Assembly (NCBI RefSeq): GCF_030028105.1 | Contig: NC_092380.1 | Span: 20,857,144 to 20,921,143 of the forward strand | DNA: 64,000 nt | Direction of reading: 5' to 3' | Origin: Mobula birostris | Lineage: Eukaryota | Shown: positions 59,947-64,000 of the stretch, in pieces | Layout: each line of letters starts with the position of its first letter | Position numbering within the stretch: the first letter of the stretch is position 1 | The notes under the pieces: model-generated | Told to the model about the DNA's origin: nothing | What the model saw: the letters and a program-made list of their open reading frames with translations, nothing else | Databases searched by the model: none | Translations under genes and position numbers: made by a program

Positions 59947-60721
59947 AGAAACCAAGGACCTTCGGTGGAGAGACCTGTTGGTTTGTGCGGCTGCTCGCCA
60001 GCTTGAAGCCTGTTCGGGAGATCTTTTTGGAGTCGGGGAGGTGAGGTCACTGGCTGGGCTTCTGGTGACAGGCGAAATATCATTTGCAGAAGCTTACCAG
60101 CGATTGGAAGAGCATGCACAACACTTTCCTGTGTGCTGGAGACCAACGACGCTTCATCCAGTCTGTCATCAGAAGACGGGGAGTGTGGGGAAGAAGGCAG
60201 AGTGCAGGGCTCAGTACTCACATATCCAATCGTTATATCGCTCCCGGCGGAAAGATGCGGCCCAAAACGGTCATCTCGGGGGCCTGGAAATCTGCTCATC
60301 TCCAAGAGTGAGCACATCCGCCGGGGACCTTTGACTTTTGCTCAGGGATCCTTTCAGCTGAGGGAGTCCCCGACCCTTGGCCAGTTCGGGAGGTCTGTCC
60401 CGAGAATTGGGACCTGCTACGTCCCATTGAACCATCTGAGGTATCCTCAGTTATCCGGAGTATGTCGGGGGCGGCGGCAGATCCTGACAGGATTGGAGTT
60501 CAACAGCTTCGCCAGACCGACCCCTCATTCTGGGCGGCTTACTACAACCTTCTATCGGTCATAGGGGAACTTCCCTCCCCCTTTAAACGTTCCAGAATAA
60601 CCTTGGTACCGAAGCATACTGGTGACCTGTCCTCACTGTCAAATTATCGCCCAGGTAACATCTCCTCTATTGTCATCAGGGTGTTTCATCGCATCCTTGC
60701 TTCCAGATGGTCGACAGTATT
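59947..60721 (+). mobile_element. R2-like fragment, copy 2
   Basis: Colinear with 15372-16149 over its full length (about 90% identity by eye) and carries the same motifs. Confidence 0.78.
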
Positions 60722-63343
60722 GTAAGACGTATTGCTCCGGGAGTTGGCTCCTAATGTTTTTTTTTTCTTTTTCTTTCTCTTGTAGTTAGTGGGTTTTTCT
60801 CATCTTTTAGTTAGTTGGGGTTTTCTTTTTTCCTTATTTTCTTTATAAAAATAATTTTTTTTCATTATCATATATTATTCTTTTTGATAAGTTTTCTTCA
60901 ACTTCATTAACTATATATATCAATTTGTTGAAGTCTTGTATCATTTTATAGCTGCAGAAGATTATGTATCAATAAAAAATTTTTAAAATGAAATGAAAAA
61001 ATAAAGATCCTACTGAATGTGCATCATATAGACAGATATCCCTGCTGAATGTAGATTCTAGGATTTTTTTTCTAAAATATTAGCAACTAGGTTAGAGAAG
61101 GTACTGCCTCAAATTATCTCTGTGGACCAAACTGGGTTTATTAAAAATCATTATTCATCTTTTAATAATAGGAGATTAACGAATATTGTTTATACTCCTT
61201 CACTTAGAACTCCAGAATATGTCATTTCATTAGATGCTGAGAAAGCTTTTGACAGAGTTGAATGGCCATATTTATTTAGTGCGCTTGAGAAATTTAATTT
61301 TAGTCCGATACTTATATCTTGGATTAACTTGATACATCATACCCCTGTAGCTTCGTTTTTTTTTTACTAATAATCAAAGATCTCCCTTTTTTCAGTTATT
61401 TCGGGGTACTAGGCAGGGATGTCCCCTTAGTCCATTATTATTGATATTGCTCTGGAACCTTTAGCAACTGCTATTCGAGATTCACCAAATATTCTTGGTA
61501 TTACCCCTGGGAATGAGATACATAAGTTATCACCATATGCAGATGAATTGTTATTATATATTTCCAATGCTGAGAAATCCATTTCTGCAGTTTTATCCTT
61601 GTTGGCACAGTTTTGTAATTTTTCTGGTAATAAATTAAACCTTAGTAAGAGTGAACTCTTTCCATTAAATATGCAGGTTCCAATTTATGGACGTTTACCA
61701 TTTAGATTGGTTACCGACTATTTTACTTATTTAGGGGTTAAAATTACTAAAAAGCGCAAGGATACATTTAAGGCTAATTTTTTACCTTTAATTGATCAGA
61801 TTAAACATCTGTTCACTAAACGATCACCAATGTCTTTGTCATTGAGATCAGTGCTAGCAAGATGACTATTTTACCTAAATTCTTATATTTATTTCAAGCG
61901 GTACCAATTTTTATTCCAAAATCCACTTTTGATAACGTTGATTCTAAAATGTCTTCAAATATATCGCAGAATGAAATTCCTAGGTTAGGTAAAAGATATT
62001 TACAGAAGTCTAAAAAGGAGGGTGGTCTGGCATTGCTGAACTTTAGATTTTACTATTGGGCAATTAATATCTGATATTTAAAATTTTGGACATGGGACTT
62101 GGACATAATTTCAAGTCTACATTGGGTAAATCTTGAATGTAAATCTGTACAAGGGTTTTCACTGGGTTCTATTTTATGGACCTCGCTTCCCTTTGCTCTT
62201 TCTAAATTGCATAAACAAATGGATAATCCAATAGTTAAATATACCTTACGAATATGGTTTCAATTTCGAATTTTTTTTGGGTTGAATCAATTTATTCTAG
62301 CAAGCCCTATTATATATAATTGTTTTTTCAACCCTCTATTATGGATCAAGTCTATTTGGTTTGGAGAACCAAAGGTATATTACGATTTTGTGATCTATTT
62401 TTGGATAATTGTTTCATGTTCTTTGAATAATTATCTAATAAATATAATTTGCCTAGATCCCATTTCTTTAGATATTTACAGATTTAAAACTTTTTAAATA
62501 CTGTTCTTCCTACCTTTCCGAGTCTATATCCAACGGATATTTTGGAAATAATTTTAGATTTAAATCCTTTTCAGAAAGGTGTAATAGGAACTATTTATAA
62601 TATAATTATGAAAATACATCCAGACTTATCTAATAAAATCAAGAATGATTGGGAAAGGGAACTTAAGCTTACTTTACCTATTGAAAAATGGGAAAAGTTC
62701 TTCAATTAGTTAATTCTTCCTCTATATGTGCTAAACATGCACAGATACAGTTTAAAGTAGTACATAGGGCCCCTATGTCTAAAGATAAACTAGCTCATTA
62801 TTACTCTCATATAAATCCTGTATGTGACAGATGTCACTCTGAGATAGCTTCTTTAACTCATATGTTTTGGTCATGTCCTTGTTTGAAAAAATATTGGAAA
62901 GATACCTTTGATATTATTTCCTGTTCTGAATATTGATTTACAATCTCACCCTATTACTGCAATTTTTGGTTTACCAATGATAGAACCAAATCATTTAACC
63001 TCTTCAGCTCCTCGGATGATTGCATTTCTTACTTTAATGGCTAGAAGATCCATTTTGCTGAACCGGAAAGAGATTAATCTTCCCACTACATTTCACTGGT
63101 TCTCTCAAACTATGTTGTGTTTAAATTTAGAAAAAATTAAAAGTGTCATTTATGATCCTTCTATTAAATTCCAAAAGACTTAGAGACCATTTATTCAACA
63201 CTTCCATATGATGTAATTTGACCTTTTCCAAATCTATTCTACTACTTTCAAATATATGGAGAGAGAAGCAGAGTTAATGACACTAATGGTCCTATTTGAC
63301 GTAACACAACAGCCTATGTCTTTTTCTTTTCTTTAGTTTAGAG

Positions 63344-63873
63344 GGTGTGGAGGAAGATGGACGGGCTAGTGTCACGCTTCATCCCCACCAGCTGTGTAAC
63401 AGAGGACTCTCTGATCTACGGGCTGTTCCCAGGGACACACACGGAGACCAACATCCGGTGCTGCTGGCAGATCATCAACTCAGTGAAAGATTGCTCTTTG
63501 GTTGGCCCGAAACTTGATGATCTTCCAGCACGTAGAGATGTCCGTGGCAGAATGTTGCCCACTGGCACATTCTCGGCTGCAGGAGTACGTGCTGACAGAC
63601 GTGCTGAAACTTGGTGCAGCTACCGCAAGGGCCCAGTGGGGAAGGACCACAGTTAAGGCTTCTTCTCCCACGGGACTAGGAGTGGTCGGGTGGTGGGGAG
63701 TGTACTCCTCATCACTGGTGTGTAAAGATGAAACAACAGAGTGCCACGTGAGTGGCTAAAAGTACGGAATTGTATAGAATATAATGGAAAGGTCTGTAAA
63801 GGATTGAGAGTCATTGAATGGTTAATTGTATATAATTTTATTTTTAAATAAAGTATATTTGAAATTTTAAAAA
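63344..63873 (+). mobile_element. Tx1-like LINE ORF2 C-terminus and 3' UTR
   Basis: VWRKMDGLVSRFIP..LIYGLFPGTHTETNIRCCWQIINSVKD.LWLARNL. Ends in aataaagtatatttg plus an A-rich stretch. Confidence 0.7.
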
Positions 63874-64000
63874 GTTGATTAGTATTGTGCAAAGACAGCG
63901 GTGAAGAGGATGGCAGCAGACACCAGCGCATCGGCTCGAGGTACGGGAATCAAGAACACTGTCAGGCTGACAGTGCGAGACCGGAACGGGGGCACCGGCT
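63874..64000 (+). mobile_element. Possible 5' end / ORF1 start of a further Tx1-like element (runs off the window)
   Basis: Abrupt GC rise after the preceding tail. ATG at 63910 opens MAADTSASARGTGIKNTVRLTVRDRNGGTG with no stop before the edge. Confidence 0.4.

Larger units (their letters stand above)
58578..60995 (+). mobile_element. ORF1-only L1-like unit 'F' (HAL1-like or ORF2-deleted) carrying a solo LTR and an R2 fragment
   Basis: TSD AAAAAATAAAG (58567-58577 / 60996-61006). ORF1 at about 58720-59459 (DLEARSCRNNIRTVGLKE, HPSLQYPAKL). No L1 ORF2 sequence. T-rich 3' UTR with aataaa at 60971. Confidence 0.75.
57946..63343 (+). mobile_element. L1-clade LINE 'G' (B/D family), ORF2 3' two-thirds plus part of the 3' UTR; pieces 57946-58577 and 61007-63343
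   Basis: MEHSLLLTS..., GKAPGPNGY, ..LILKKNK|DPTECASYR.., LDAEKAFDRVEW, YADE, CDRC, ..QHFHMM* at about 63216. Confidence 0.88.

Noticed and set aside
1-64000. CRISPR array, retron, diversity-generating retroelement or other prokaryotic RT system
   Set aside because: No repeat-spacer array or operon structure. All RTs are eukaryotic LINE, Gypsy or retrovirus types in a vertebrate-like repeat context.

Overview
Eukaryotic, gene-free window made almost entirely of nested transposable elements. The CR1 3' tails, Penelope terminal repeats and L1 families resemble those of cartilaginous fish (shark/ray); this taxon call is inference. I find no host gene, rRNA/tRNA gene or CRISPR array. About 30 insertions or fragments can be delimited, many with readable target-site duplications (TSDs). 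They are CR1 (x3), Rex1/Babar, RTE (x3), L1 (about 7), Tx1, two R2 fragments, a Gmr1-type LTR element (PR-IN-RT-RH order, SCAN-like Gag), a PNMA-Gag Gypsy with a still-open 1213-codon ORF, two tRNA-Trp-primed Gypsy elements plus a solo LTR, a retrovirus-like pol relic, two hAT elements, a pogo/Tigger element and two Penelope insertions carrying hammerhead-ribozyme cores. The dominant unexplained pattern is orientation. About 26 oriented elements from roughly ten unrelated superfamilies lie on the + strand and only 3 (about 4.3 kb) on the - strand. That is the architecture expected of a flamenco-like uni-strand piRNA cluster (transposon trap) transcribed from the - strand, which needs small-RNA data to test. 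Other notable points: two R2 fragments with the same breakpoints in unrelated host elements, one of them sitting in place of ORF2 inside a TSD-bounded L1 unit, and two independent Penelope insertions at the same homologous site of two L1 copies.
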